Of a stretch of 64,000 bases of DNA, positions 37,671 through 51,512 are shown piece by piece. The notes beneath the pieces are model-generated. The model made no database searches. It saw only the letters and a program-made list of their open reading frames with translations, and had not been told where the DNA came from. The DNA is from Octopus vulgaris (Eukaryota): positions 55,180,001 to 55,244,000 of the forward strand of contig OX597815.1 of NCBI GenBank assembly GCA_951406725.2, read 5' to 3'. A program made the translations under genes and the position numbers. Position 1 is the stretch's first letter. The number at the start of each line of letters is the position of its first letter.

Positions 37671-38313
37671 ATGTAAAGTATAAAAGCCATCTCAATATGG
37701 CTAAACACAAAGGGGGGGTGTTACTGTAGCTTTTTAGCCCCAGGAGATCATCGTCTCCAGCTGGCTTTAGACACACTTTCTGTGCCCTTAAAGTATTTGC
37801 AAAGGGAGGCCATCCCTTTCTTGTAAGCCTGAGTGATACGCACCGGACCGGTTTCGAGATTATTGTCTCTTATCAACGGGCGGTAATCACCAGATCATGA
37901 TGAAAGACATGGCCTGTTTGCAAATATATGAGTTTTTCTAGTGACGTCTGCCACTGATTTCGAAAAACTGACTGTAAGCATTATTAGATCTCAGAACGAG
38001 ATGTAAACAGTAATCGCTCGACAATGTAAAGTATAAAAGCCATCTCAATATGGCTAACCACAAAGGGGGGGGATTACTGTAGCTTTTTAGCCCCAGGAGA
38101 TCATCGTCTCCAGCTGGCTTTAGGCACACTTTCTGTGCCCTTTGCAAATACTTTAAGGGCACAGAAAGTGTGTCTAAAGCCAGCTGGAGACGATGATCTC
38201 CTGGGGCTAAAAAGCTACAGTAACACCCCCCTTTGTGGTTAGCCATATTGAGATGGCTTTTATACTTTACATTGTCGAGCGATTACTGTTTACATCTCGT
38301 TCTGAGATTTAAA
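37671..38313 (-). mobile_element. Non-coding Penelope/retrozyme-like insertion: ~353-bp unit in 1.3 tandem copies plus an inverted arm
   Basis: 37671-37789 repeats at 38024-38141; 38138-38311 is an inverted copy; flanking AATATCTTTT at 37660-37669 and 38314-38323. Confidence 0.8.
37833..37890 (-). ncRNA. Type I hammerhead ribozyme with U3-A8 core variant
   Basis: GTGAT-TAC-CGC-CCG-TTGATAA-GAGA/CAATAA/TCTC-GAAA-C-CG-GTC-CGG-T-GCG-T-ATCAC. Confidence 0.8.
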
Positions 38314-39964
38314 AATATCTTTTATTACTATAAAAATTTTTAATATTAAAACACCTAACTCTAGAAATTTAATGGAACACTCTTTCATAAAACTGTTTAA
38401 TTTTTGAGAATACATTACATAATGCCATGACTGAAGAATAGAAAATAATCACTTTCTCAGATAGACGTATCTGCTCATACCTGCCTTTTTGTAGTGTTTG
38501 ATTAGTAGCAACTTTGAAGTTTTACCTATGATTTATTTTGAGGAGATGCTGTGGCATGTGACTGTTTCATTGATAGAGTGATAGAGTTTGTGTTGTTGAA
38601 TTTTCAGTGAAGTCTGTGCATGTCTGGATAGAGGTCATCATCATCATTTAGTGTCTGCTTTCTATGCAGGCATGGGTTAGATGATTTGACTAAAACTGGT
38701 AAGCCAGAAAGCTGCACCCTGTTCCAATCTGATTTGGCATGGTTTCCTTTGGCTGGATGCCCTTCCTAACACCAACCACTCCAAGAGTGTAATGGATGCT
38801 TTTTACATGCCACCAGCATGGTTACCAGTTATGTCATGACTACAGTTTCATCTGGCTTGACGAGTCCTCTCAAGCACATCATATCACCAAAGGTCTCTGG
38901 AAAAGTGAAGGCTGCAAAGGTGTGTGATGTTTGAAATACTAGCAAGTAGGAATACAATAATAAATATTGAAACAGGAGTGGTAGACTCATGTAAACATTT
39001 GATTATACCAGATTTGATCAAATACGTCTGTATTGTTTGATGAGTAAATGAACTAGAAATGTGATGCTAAACTGGGTAGCATATTAGGCAAAGGGCTAGA
39101 GGCCATAGACAAAAACTATAACTGGAAGGATTTTATACTAGACATGATGGAAGACTTTTCTAATGTGAAGGACAAGTTGGTATCAGCTGAAATTCTCAAG
39201 AGCAAGAAAGCACTACTGTGTGATGGAGAAGAGAAAGACTTTGCAAGATTGGATACAACTGAAGTCAGTGAGTAAGAATTAAGTTGATAAGAGAGGTAAT
39301 TGTTCAAGACCGTCTCCATCATCAATATGAAAGTAATCTCAAGCATTGGCTATACTGTAGCATGTTTCTATAGATCGAGATAAGTTAATCAGAGGAATAA
39401 GAGGAATTAACTTATTGAGAAGAATTAACATTTTTGAGGGAAAGATTGAAAAAGTTTCATGAGGATTGAAAAATTCCAACCATTAGCAATCAAAATGTCC
39501 AAATTAATAAATACTACTCTGCAAACAAAGGAAAAAAAAATAAAAACAATGATTAACCATAAGATGCACAACTGAATTCTTTCTTTTATTTAAAAATGCT
39601 GATATTTCCACCAAGGTCGACTTTGCCTTTTATCCTTTGGGGTCGATAAATTAAGTACGAGTTGCGTACTAGAGTCCATCTAATCGACTGGCCCCTCTTC
39701 CCAAAATTTTAGGCCTTGTGCCTGTAGTAGAAAAAAGTTATTATTAATATTGCTAGAATCTGTAAAACAGTAGAAAAATATTTTGCCGTGTTTAGTTGCA
39801 TTCCTTTTTCTTTTGTTGGTTTTGCTTTTCATTTTTCTGAACCATCAAATTAGTACCAGTCAAAAACTCAGGTAAATTTAATCAACAATATCCTCTCTTC
39901 TAAATATTACTATTATTATGATTATATTTGCAACTAGATTTTTCCATTATATTTCCCATTATCT

Positions 39965-40015
39965 TCATTCTCTTTTAAATTTTGAAACCAATGTGTTTCC
40001 ATTGCAAGTTGATGT
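39965..40015 (-). CDS. FABP-like gene, exon 4 (TSTCNGNTLVSKFKRE*)
   Basis: Acceptor TTTTCTATTATTTACAG; 51 coding nt in phase 0, matching the size and sequence pattern of the last FABP exon. Confidence 0.8.
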   Translation of the reverse strand, partial: TSTCNGNTLVSKFKRE

Positions 40016-41699
40016 CTGTAAATAATAGAAAACTAAGATGAAAAATAAATAATCATTCATTTTCCATTTCATATCAACAAATATAAAATGGTTTATATAT
40101 TAAGCTTAGGTATAAGGCCATTGGTTTAAAAGATGGTATATTTTAGGATCCTTTGCCTTCCATTATATTTATTTCCAAGTAGTATAACTGAAGTAAAAAT
40201 GTCTCAACCAAGAACTGAAACTAGATTGCTGCTTGAGCATGAAAGTTTCCTACCTCTCACTTAATGATATATACTGCCTCAAAGTTGGTACCATCAACAG
40301 CACAATATCAAACATTTCTAAGAAGGGGGAATGAAATCCCAAGGAGGTTAACCTTGATTCAAAACTATCTAATTAGACAGTTTGTTGGGAGTTTGCTGAT
40401 CTCTTATTCTACATTATTTTCACTTCACTTGTCTCATTCATGCACAACACATTAACTTTCTATTATAGGCAGGACTCACATATACACATGTTGCTATAAA
40501 TATTGGCCCTCTCACCTGGAAAATAAATTGATAATTATTAAAATATCAAGCTAAGTAAAAGCATGACTGTCCTTGCACATACAGGCTGCCCTTGCATCCC
40601 ACTCTAGCTGAGCATTCCTAACCTTGCAGGCTTGTGGGTGCTGGTATCATGTAAAAAGCACCCATACTGGTGTCACATAAAGACACCCATGCTGGTGCTG
40701 CGTAAAATCATCCAGTACACTCTGTAAGGTAGTTGGCATTAGGAAGGGCACCCAGCAGTAGACACCATGTCAAAACAGACACAGAAACTGGCCAGCTCCT
40801 GTCAAACCATCCAACCCATGCCAACATGGAAAGCAGATGTATGATGATGATGAAATATTAAAACATTCAATAAAAATATAACTAAATCTAAAATTTGCTT
40901 AACTACTTGCTTAATATACTTGATATCAACAAAACTTTTGATACAAAAATAAAAGAAAATAAATCATTATATGGTAAGATGGAATATTGCAGAGGTAACT
41001 GAGATAAACTTTGCTTTTCTTTACTATCATTTCAATAAAACAAGCAGTGTAATGTAACAGGTTGATGAAACTGACAACACCCAACTCACTAATATGTGAC
41101 CTTGATCCACTATAAGGAATCATTATTAGCAGTACAAAATCAAGTGAGCTAAATTCAAGACTAAGTTATTGTAAGTTGCAATTTATTATAAGGAATTGAA
41201 TCAAATGTGCAAGTTAGTAAAAATATTAGCACAATATCCTAAATACCTTACAGTATTTAGTTTTGTTCTACCATTTTGTGCATTCAAATTCAATCAGGAT
41301 TGGCTATATATTCCATGGTCTGATGATTACTAATAACCACAGCTATGAAGAGCAACTGAAAATTCTCAATGTCTTTATGTTTACCTCAACCACAGATCTT
41401 TCACAAGGGGTGTTTCCATTGGCTTTTTTGAACAGATTTATCTATTTAGATAAGGATTGCTATCATAAATAAATTTTAATTAATTGTCTGACTCACTATA
41501 CCACACATGTTATGCTATCACTCACTTTATTATATATACTACATAGTTCACTCAAAAAAAATATGCGAGGTATTGGTATCTAGAAGACCCAAAGAGTAGC
41601 GAGTAAAACTAAGTCAGTGTTATGGACAGACTCTTGGTTCGATAATGATACGAGTGAGAAGTCTAATGTGGGTCTTGTATTAGCATGTATATATATGTC

Positions 41700-42952
41700 A
41701 TATAGAATGTGATAACAAAGCCAAGGCCATGAGGAGTTTTCAGGACATTTATAATGAAATAATCTTACAGGTGCTTCTGGGATATTATGGACATCCCTTC
41801 ATCAGAGACCGTGTGAGAAAATATTTGAATTCGAATTATTGTGGAAGAGGAGGAGATAGGGGATATAGAGGGAAATAAGAGAATGAAAGCAGAAATAAAA
41901 TATATAAAGATATTGTAGTTGCAGTTCCACTATTCAAGGAAAATAGTGTATAGAAATGGTAAAAAAGTTTCCTGTACATGGTATGTAAGTTCCAATAGTA
42001 GGTCATGTTTAGTCATTTCAAAGTATGGAGCTGTGGAATCAGTGTAACTCGTTTGAAAGGGTTTTGAGAATGTATTGGTAGTATTTGTGTATCGATGGGG
42101 GTAGGGGAGATGTGTATAATTCAAAAGAGGAGGTAGTTCAAATTTAAAACAGGAAGCAAGAGAGAACAAAGAAAAAAGGGAGAGAGAAAAAGCAAAAAGT
42201 GAAAAGAGTAAAAAGAAAGTGAAGAAAGGGTGAAAGAAGTGAGAGAAGGAGTGTTAGTTGGTGGTCAAGATGATGTGATAGGAGGATGGGAGAGGTGTGG
42301 GGGAGGGAGACGAATAGACAAGAAGGTAAGGAGTAAAAAGTTTCCTGTATAGGGTATATAAGTTCCAATAGCAGTTCATGTTTAGTCATTTCTAAGTATG
42401 GAGCTGTGGAATACTCAAAAGAGTATTGTCATGTGAGTGAAAATTTGAGAATATATATTGGTAGTATTTGTGGATAGGGGGGGGGGGGGGGAGATGTATG
42501 TGATTAGAAAGAGATGGGTCAAATTTAAAAAAACAGGAAGTGAAAGTGAGAGGAAGAAAGAGAGAAAAAAGAAGAAAAGGGAGAGAAAAAACAAAAAGTG
42601 AAAAGTGTGAAAAAAAGAGGTGAGAAAGGAGTGTTAGTTGATGGTCAAGATAATGTGATGGGAGGAAGGGAGTGGTGTGGGGGAGGGATAGGAGAGATGA
42701 GAGGGTGAGGAGTAAAAGAATGTGAGGTAAGTGAGTAGGGGTGATATGACAGAGTTGTATTAAGGGATGGGTAAAGAAAAGGTATGGGTGAGGTGATACC
42801 AAAGTGAGTAGTAGTTTTGGTAGTAAAATTTGAAGTGGAGGGAAGAATACAAGAATGTCAAATTACTATAAATAGATGTATGGAATAGGTTAGTGATAGA
42901 TAAGAATCAGAGAGGAGAAAAGACAGTATAATGACATATGTATGCATGCACT

Positions 42953-42986
<34 letters not shown>

Positions 42987-43932
42987 AATAAAATAGAACA
43001 TATGCGTATATATAAACATATATGTACGTACCTACCTCTACATGTACATATACACGCATATATGTGTACAGGACACCAAAAAGACGTCGAACATATAGAG
43101 AGACGAAAAACATAGACACAAACCAAGGAACAGGACAAGCAAAAAAAAGGGATACAAGACAATTAGCACAACGAAAAATCCCCTTCTTCAGTCGCTAAGG
43201 TTTCATCTACTCTACGTTTCGAAGGATAAAAGCGAGACGTATCTTCGAAGAAACTTCCTTCCTGCGAAAAGCAAATCAATTAAAATTCTGAGATCTTTTC
43301 GCAGAGGGGTAAAAAATGGTAAAAAAATGGTAAAAAAAAACAAGCAAGACGGTAACGACAGTACAAACATATAAACAGTAAAAAAATATATATAAACAGT
43401 GGAAAAATAAATATATAACAGTGAGAGACAGGACAAGGAGAACAAGATAAGAAGGGCTGTTTACGCCAGACGAAAAAAGTATTGCAAACGCTGGATTATA
43501 GTGGACGACGAGAGAGCAGGAATGTCGACCAGTGGCCTTAGAAGGCGGGCGAGAAAAGACAGGATAGCAGTTACGACGGAAGTATCATCGCAGATGGACG
43601 ACGGGAATGGGGGAGGAGGAGCAAGAGGAAGAGAGAGAAGAAGGGGAATGGTGCGAGGAGACCATGAAGAAAGGTGAGGGGGAGAGAGAGAATGAAGAAT
43701 GAGAGAGAGAGGAAGAGACAAGTTAAGTGAGGGAAAAAAGACGAAAAAGGGAATGGGATAGAAAGAAAGAAAGATGCAGAGTCGCGTGAGAGTTAATATC
43801 AAGGCTAACTTGATAAACAGAACAATCTTACTTAATAGGGTGCGTGCGTTTAGTCGTATAATATGTTAATAAAATAGAACATATGCGTATATATAAACAT
43901 ATATGTACGTACCTACCTCTACATGTACATAT

Positions 43933-43967
<35 letters not shown>

Positions 43968-44990
43968 CAAATATGTATACATGCATATACATGCACACAC
44001 ACATATATGCAGACATATGCATACACCTATACATACACATGTATATATACACATATGTGTGTATACATGTATATGTACATGCACATGTGCACACGCATTT
44101 ACAGTCACACACATGCACACATACAGGTACTTACATATACATATATACACATATACTCACTCATTCATGCATATTTATATATATATATATGCACATAAAC
44201 CCAAACACAAATACATACATAAATACCTGTACACACGTTTACACATACACACTTGTACCCGCTTGGATGTCCCTATATGTAGTATTAAATGATTGTGATC
44301 CTAGGGGAGTTAATTAAAGAGTAAAAATTAAAATGGAGATAAGTAGGGTTGTTGGGGATTACCTGTGGGGTGTTACCTGTGCAGTTATTTAGGTTGCATT
44401 TAGATTTGTGGTAAAATTTGAAGCTATGAAGAAAACGGTGGTTGTATGTACTTAGGGTCTCATATTTATTTAGTAGTGTTAAGTGTTAACCTTGGTATGG
44501 AAGCCCTGAATCTATTATGGACCATGACAAATTGTAGGGAATATTTCTATTTTTGAGATGATGTATGTGAATGGTAAGTGTTGTGGATTCACTGTGTTTC
44601 TTACACCTAAAAGAACTGAGATGAGCAGCATATTGGTGTTTAAAATTTATGGTTGACCCTATATATATAGCTGTAGAATTGTGTAATGTGTTGAGGACAG
44701 TACATTTATAAATTACATTAGATCTTCTACAATGGGTTTGTAGAGGGCAGATGGACTCAGGACGGCAGTTACAAGTGAGTGTATTTTGGGAATTGTTTTC
44801 AGGAATGGAGGAGGTAATATTGTCAGAGGATAGGTTAGAGATGGGGGTAGAAAGGTCTAAGTATTATTAATATTATTGTTATTATTATTGTAGTCATTGT
44901 TGTTAATTATTCTATCTGTAAGGGTGGTGGAAGTTATGGTAGTATTCTGGGTGGTGTTAGTAGGATGGGTTGGGTTATGGTTGTGGTCTA
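41700..44990 (-). mobile_element. Penelope-derived low-complexity region with a GIY-YIG remnant (~44460-44740) and internal tandem duplications
   Basis: Minus strand CRRSNVIYKCTV...AIYIGSTINFKHQYAAHLSSFR; ~41955-42335 duplicated at ~42335-42720; 42980-43050 repeated at 43860-43935. Confidence 0.65.
41761..41810 (-). ncRNA. Degenerate Penelope-type hammerhead motif
   Basis: GGTCT-CTGATGA-A-GGGAT...ATCCC-A-GAAGC-ACCT-GTA-AGATT; GAAAC box mutated. Confidence 0.45.
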
Positions 44991-44993
44991 ATG

Positions 44994-46455
44994 CAGTGAT
45001 TCCCAATGTGGTCCCTGGGGCCCACTGGTGGTCCCCAGAGAATTTGTAGCCATAAAAAATTGAAGCCATTTCAGATCTACACAATATTATTCGATAATAA
45101 AGACACTGTTAGTTAATAATAATTTATAAGAAGACAGAATAATAATAAGAAAACAGAATTCAATAATTATTCCATTAGAATCAATAATATATAATATATA
45201 ATCAATAATATATTACAATCAAGAATTACATAATTTAAATTTTACAATCACAACAGTTTCATAATAAATAAATTTGATATTTTTAATAAATCACTACATA
45301 ATATTGTTTAATAATAAAATTGATACTTTTAATTTATAGAAATAAAATACTTATTATTTTAATTTTTTTTAAGATCAGTTGTAATAATGTCTGAACCAAC
45401 TGCTAAAAAGGCAAAACTGAGGAACTACAAAGAAGATTTTATCATGTTTGGTTTTATATCTGTAGACTCAAAACCTATGTGTCTTGAATGTGATGCCATC
45501 ATGAAAAATCAGTCCATGAAGAAAGTTAAGCTGGAACAGCACCAGAAATTAAGGCATCTATTATCTGTTGGTAAAGGTAAGGAATATTTTGAGAATAAAA
45601 AGAAAATACAGCCAATCAAACTACCCGACTTTGTAAAGAAGATAAATACTGAAAAAGCAAAGATACTCAAACCAGGTTATTTGGTCTCTGAAATTATTGC
45701 CAAGGTTGCAGCACCTCAGATTTATGGTGAGAAACTTGTCAAGCCTGCTTGTGCAAATGAGGTTCTGAGAAAAGATGCTGCATCTACTCAAAGTAAATAA
45801 CACAATTACAAGAAGACAAGATGAAATGTCTAATTTTGTTGAGGAAGATTGTGGAAATCCTCCAAAAGACAAATTTTTCTATCCAGATTGACGATAGCAC
45901 AATTCATAACCAAGCTATCCTTCTGGTCTATGTCAGATTCATCCATGAAGATGATATAAGGGAAAAAATGTTATTCATTAAAAGTTTGTCTGAAACTACT
46001 AATGGAGAAAATATATTCAATGAAGTAATGCAGTATCTTAATGATAAAAATATTCCATTGACTAATTTGATCAACATTGCATCAGATGGAGCTACAGCCA
46101 TGAGTGGAAAGTGAAAGGCTTTGTTTCTAGATTGAAATCAGTTGCTCCTCACATTTTTTATATACATTGCATTATCCACAGACAGCATTTGGTTGCTAAG
46201 AATATTGGAGGACACATGGAAGAAGCACTCAACACTGCCATACATGCAATTAACTTTGTCAAATCAAACTCAGTGAATAATAGATTTTTTATGCAATTCT
46301 GTAAAGATGAAGACTTTAAAACCCTATTGCTTCACACAGAAGTAAGATGGTTGTCAAAAGGCCTGAGCCTTGAAAGACTAGTGAATTTGTGGGAACCATT
46401 AATCAACTTTCTCATGTTCAAGAGTCAGATGACTCATTACAACTCCAAGAAGTAA
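44994..46455 (+). mobile_element. hAT (Buster/Charlie, ZBED5/SCAND3-like) transposon, 3'-truncated
   Basis: Left TIR CAGTGATTCCCAA after GTCTAATG; ORFs 45387-46455 with KPMCLEC BED finger, FSIQIDDST, ASDGA, HCIIHRQHL, HTEVRWLS. Confidence 0.9.
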
Positions 46456-46469
46456 GCTGATACAGGTAA

Positions 46470-48255
46470 GAAAATTTTAGAAAGACTTCATCAGCAAGTG
46501 ATCCATTTGGTACAATGGGAAGTGTCTGTTTGAAGTCACCTTTGAGAAGAAAAACGGCTCCTCTAAAACATTGTCGTTTGAACTGAGATCTTTCATTCTG
46601 GCATCTAGTGCCTGAAAAGAGGTTTTATGGGACATGGTCACCTCATCCCAAACAATTAATTTACATTTTTTCAGCAGTGTAGTTTCATCAGAAGAATGTG
46701 AAATATTGCAAATAGGGTTTTCTTGATGGACAACGTTCAAAGGTATCTTGAAGGTCAAGTGTGCTGTCCATCCACGAAGGAGGCAACAGCATGTGCAATG
46801 TCACCATTTTGTCTTATATTAGAAAGAATAAAGTTAAGCAAAAAAGTTTTTCCTGTCCCCCCAGGTGCATCTATGAAGATGATCCCACCTTTATTGCTAT
46901 GTACCTTGTGAAGAACAGATTTGTAAACATATTTTAGATCTTGATTGAGGAGTGGCTCATTGACAGATATGTATTTTCGAAATTTGGTTTTGTCATAGCA
47001 TGTTTCTTTAAGGATATGTCGATTAAAGGTTTGCGTTTGGATTCAATCTGGAGAAGGAAGGCAGTATGCCTCCAAACTTTGGCCTCCAGTTGCCACAACC
47101 AATTCCTCCAAGAGAATAAGACCTGCATTATACACAGAGAGGGTAAAAGCAGTGGTAGAATTTTTAGTGGCCTGACAGGATTGAAGTCATATATCGTGGC
47201 ACATGTGGTCCCTGTTTTTATTCCACAATGAAAGCGCGTTAACCAAGTTACAGAAAACCAGCATAATGGTGAATAAATGACGAAGCTTCGTCGGAGATCG
47301 ACTGAGAGACACTTATTTGTTCTCCAACAGGAGTCCTGTCACTTCTAATAACAACCTTGAAGTTGGCATTATCTGCCCAGCGTTGTTGAATAGCCGTTTT
47401 TAATTGGTTTACATAGTGCTTATGCTCATGAAGCATTTACTGAAGAGGTCCAAGAACAGCTGCATCTATGCCTGCAGCAAAAGCAACTCTACATGTGATT
47501 TGCTCAGTCTCTGGTCCAATGAAGTTTATCTGAAGAAAACTATGAGGTGAGTCATCTGTTGGTTGAAGAGAGCCGATTAAATGATAAACTTGTCCCTGAA
47601 TGGTAAAAGTGGGATTAAAATTTCCGTATGAAATGGACTTATGACCAAAACTTGGCATTTGAAATGCAGAATTATATGCCCGTATTCGGTTCATGAAATC
47701 GTGAGAATAAGGATGCTCACCAAGCAGAAGGGACTTTAAAGGCTGTGGAGTTTCAGGGGTGTTGGGTAGACAGACCTTTCCATTTGTGCGGCATAGACCA
47801 ATAGGCTCTCCCAGCCAAGTTAGGGCATTACAGTGTAGACAGGTTTTGGAGATACGACCAATGGTAACATCTTTGTGGTCAGCATAATTTTCAGAGGGAT
47901 CATATTGGAAGGCTTTAAAGGTCCATCTATTCCTTGTTGGCTTCAATGCACCAAGTAGAACGGCTTTATGATTCGCAATTGTTTGAAGGCGAGTAGTTCT
48001 TTCAGCCACTGTTTCAGAAGATATAGCAGCAGTTCTATAAGCACAATCAGAAACCTGGCAACGCATGCCTTGTTCAAGTGTTTCTGCAGCTCTTGTGGCA
48101 GTAGTCACAGCAGTATTGTGTATATTTCGAGATGCACGCTGATCAGGTGTCTCTACAGTTATTGTGTGTATTTCGAGATGCGCGTTAGTCAGGTGTCTCT
48201 GCAGCTCTTGTGGCAGCAGTTGCGGCAGCACTACTGCATGTTGTCCGAGTTGCAG
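46470..48255 (-). mobile_element. Helitron RepHel remnant (N-terminus and part of helicase; Rep core deleted)
   Basis: CLHCNAL...GKVCLP...IRAYNSAFQM...IQGQVYHLIGSL; FIDAPGGTGKT; IVWDEVTM. Confidence 0.88.
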
Positions 48256-48314
48256 TTAAATGAGTTGAAGACATTGACTTTTTACAGTTCTATATTTAAG
48301 AGATGAAGTATTAT

Positions 48315-48468
48315 GTACATTATTTACATTTGATGGATATTTGTCCTCATTTTGTTTGTTGTTAACACGTTTCGGCTGATATACCTTCCAGCCTTCATCA
48401 GGTGTCTTGGGGAAATTTTGAACCTGGATTCTCATTCCTAAGGTATTTTTTAATGTTATTATTATTAC

Positions 48469-48513
<45 letters not shown>

Positions 48514-48551
48514 CATTATTATTATTATCATTATTATCATTATTATTATTA

Positions 48552-48593
<42 letters not shown>

Positions 48594-48791
48594 TTCCAAG
48601 TTCGATTCCAAGCAGTGACTTAAATAATAATAATAACAACAACAACAACATTGAAAAATACCTTAGGAATGAGAACCCAGGTTCAAAATTTCCCCAAGAC
48701 ACCTGATGAAGGCTGGAGGGTATATCAACTGAAACGTTGTGTTTACAACAAACAAGATGAGGACAAATATCCTTCAAATGTAAATAATGTA
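48315..48791. repeat. Inverted pair of ~150-bp hammerhead-containing Penelope-type repeats around a (TTA)n array
   Basis: 48315-48470 vs 48623-48791; HHR ACAC-CTGATGA-A-GGCTG...GAAAC-GTT-GTGT at 48699-48742 (+) and a damaged copy at 48365-48405 (-). Confidence 0.85.
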
Positions 48792-48989
48792 AAGACTTTT
48801 TAATTTATAAGATAGGCCGGAAGGATTACGGCCGCATTAAATTGGTATGTTTTCATAACGTAGGTCCTCTGAGGTTGGATTATTCACCTCACATTTTCAA
48901 GGGGTTACGGCTAAATATGCCACGAGTTCGAGAAAAGGAAAAAGAGAACGAGAATGAAGGCGCTTCGAACCACTGATAACAAGGTAAGT

Positions 48990-49400
48990 AATGTCTAGTA
49001 TTCATGTAGGTTGTATGGCCTTGTGTCAAGCTGGAAACAAGGTCGCTTCCTTAATGACATCAGGTCGCATAATTTGGATGTCACTGTTGCTACGGAAACC
49101 CGGTTAAGGGGGCCAAGAGATCTCCTCCCACTATTGGATGGTTATGAGAGCTTTTTCTCTTCGGGCTATCCTCACAGCGGGGGCAGGGTGAAGGTCCTAT
49201 TAAAAACAAACCGGGTTTCTGAGAAAAAGTTAATTTTTTCAGATCCAGAAGGTAGGCTGGTCGTCATGGACTTGACATTCAACCATGGTAAGATTATCAG
49301 ACTGGTTGCAATTTATGCACCCATGGGAACAGGGCAAAGCAAGTATTTTTGAAACCTGAAGAAGTTTCTTGGTACATTACATTCTCTAGTTGTGCTAGAA
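48990..49400 (+). mobile_element. Tx1/L1-clade APE endonuclease N-terminal fragment
   Basis: LDVTVATETRL, SDPEGRLVVMD, RLVAIYAP. Confidence 0.8.
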
Positions 49401-49406
49401 GACTAT

Positions 49407-49637
49407 ACCCTAACTCATCCTAACTCTAACCCTAAATCTAAAATAGATTGAAATGCAATAGATCGATACTAGGGTTATAATTATGGGTGACATTTTCATT
49501 TGACACCGCTAGAAAAAAATCCCATTTTCCGTAGAAGTGTCGTATGAAATTGTCACCCATAATTATAACCCTAGTATCGATCTATTGCATTTCAATTTAT
49601 TTTAGATTTAGGGTCAGAGTTAGGGTGAGTTAGGGTT
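49407..49637. repeat. ~100-bp-arm palindrome with telomere-like (CCCTAA/TTAGGG) ends; part of a repeat extending to ~49937
   Basis: 49407-49508 vs 49537-49637 inverted, with a short spacer. Confidence 0.88.
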
Positions 49638-50029
49638 AGGGGTGGGGGAAGGGTATCTTTTTTTCTTCGTAAATGTAAATAAACCCAATCTGTTTCTTAA
49701 ACGAGGACATATTCATACAGCACAGAATGTTGTTTACGTCAATGGAGGTCAGCGATTGGTTAAAATTGCCGAAATGCTTGAAATTAAAGTGGAAATATGT
49801 TACAACATATAGAATTTTCTCAATAAAGCCAAGAAAAAATGATGTTTTATAAACACATTCTACCAGTATACGAAGTTTAAAAGTGTTTAGTTAACTAGAA
49901 ATTGTATTGACATGTGCCGTTCAAAAGGAAAAGATCCGTTGACTATATAAGATAACAAAATGACCACTCTAATGTTACCAACCAATGTAAAAAAAAAACT
50001 TTTGAAAATTTGCTTAAGAAAACGTTTAT

Positions 50030-50880
50030 GCCCAGCAATAAAAAATGTCTTGTTTTCATACCTAAATTACTGCAGCATTTTCATGCAATATTTGCGTGCA
50101 CTTAACAGCTGATTGAGTAAAGCTCACATGTAGGTACAACTCATCTCACGTCTTGCACTGCTCAACAGGCTCCAATATCGATTTTCAAAAAAATAAGTAG
50201 ATGTGGTCCTTGCTGGATGGCAGACAAAGCTCTGTAAAATGGAAAGACTTCTGCCCTTAACACCCCAACATTTTCTCCCAAATTTGTTTATTAAAAAAAA
50301 ATTTTCTTTGCCTAACGTTTTGGAAAATTGCCAAATAAAGGCATTGTGAAATTTTCTTCCCCCGTTTCCCCTCCAAATTCTTCAATTTTTACTTTTTCTC
50401 CAACACTAACCCTAACCCTAAAACCCTAACCGTAACTGCAGAAATGTTTTGAAATTTTTGTCTGGATCATAATGTCCATATTTTTCTGCATATTTAGGAA
50501 CCAAAAAAATTCTTATAAAAAATTTTACCAAAATCTTTGGAAATTTTTTTCAGAATCATAATCTCTGTATTTTTCCACATATTTTGAAAACAAAAATATT
50601 TCTGAAAAAAGTAAAAAATGAAGGGAATAGGGGTGGGTGGTAATTTAAAAATACTGATTTTTGCCCATTTTTTTGCAGATTCATCTTCTCCATAGGCGAA
50701 AGGAGGGGGTGGTCTGTGTCGAAAAAAAATTTTTTAAAGGGTGGTTGGTGGGGGCGGGTGATTGGCAGAAGTCTTGTTAAAATTTCAACAAAATCAGATG
50801 AAAGGTTTAGAAGATAATTGCTGTTGTATGGAATTGTCCACACACACACACACAGAAAACTTCAGCTTTATATATATAAG
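50030..50880 (-). mobile_element. Non-autonomous element(s) with a Helitron-like 5' end and CCCTAA-like repeats
   Basis: Minus-strand start TCTTATATATATAAAGCTGAAG; 50320-50780 homologous to 58590-59000. Confidence 0.5.
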
Positions 50881-50903
50881 ATATACCCCATTATTTCTAT
50901 ACT

Positions 50904-50948
<45 letters not shown>

Positions 50949-51344
50949 TTATATATACCGTTATTTATCAATACTTATAAAGCAACACGAAAAACGAAAC
51001 CAACTCTATACGGGCATAGAAAAATAAATTATATATACATCAAAACCAAAATAATATTTATTGTTTTAATTTCAATCTGGCTCTCACTCTTACATATATA
51101 CATATATATATATATATACACAAACATATACATATATACATACAAATAAACATATATACACACATACATATATACACACATACATACATATACATACACA
51201 TACACACATACATGCATATGCATCAACATGCATATATCTATATATATATATATGTGCGTATATATATACACATACACATAGATATATATAAATATACACC
51301 CTTACATTTGTTTTTTTAGAAGCACACACACACACATGTATGTG

Positions 51345-51396
<52 letters not shown>

Positions 51397-51512
51397 CATG
51401 GTGCCCCAACATGGCCACAGCTTGTGAGCTGAAACTAGTTCAATTCATTTCAAATACACACACACACACACACACAAAATATTTTGTATAAAAATATTCA
51501 ATCTATAGTTAC

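Noticed and set aside
39100-39280. Short plus-strand open stretch (NWKDFILDMMEDF...) as a host exon
   Set aside because: No recognisable domain or convincing splice-site pair
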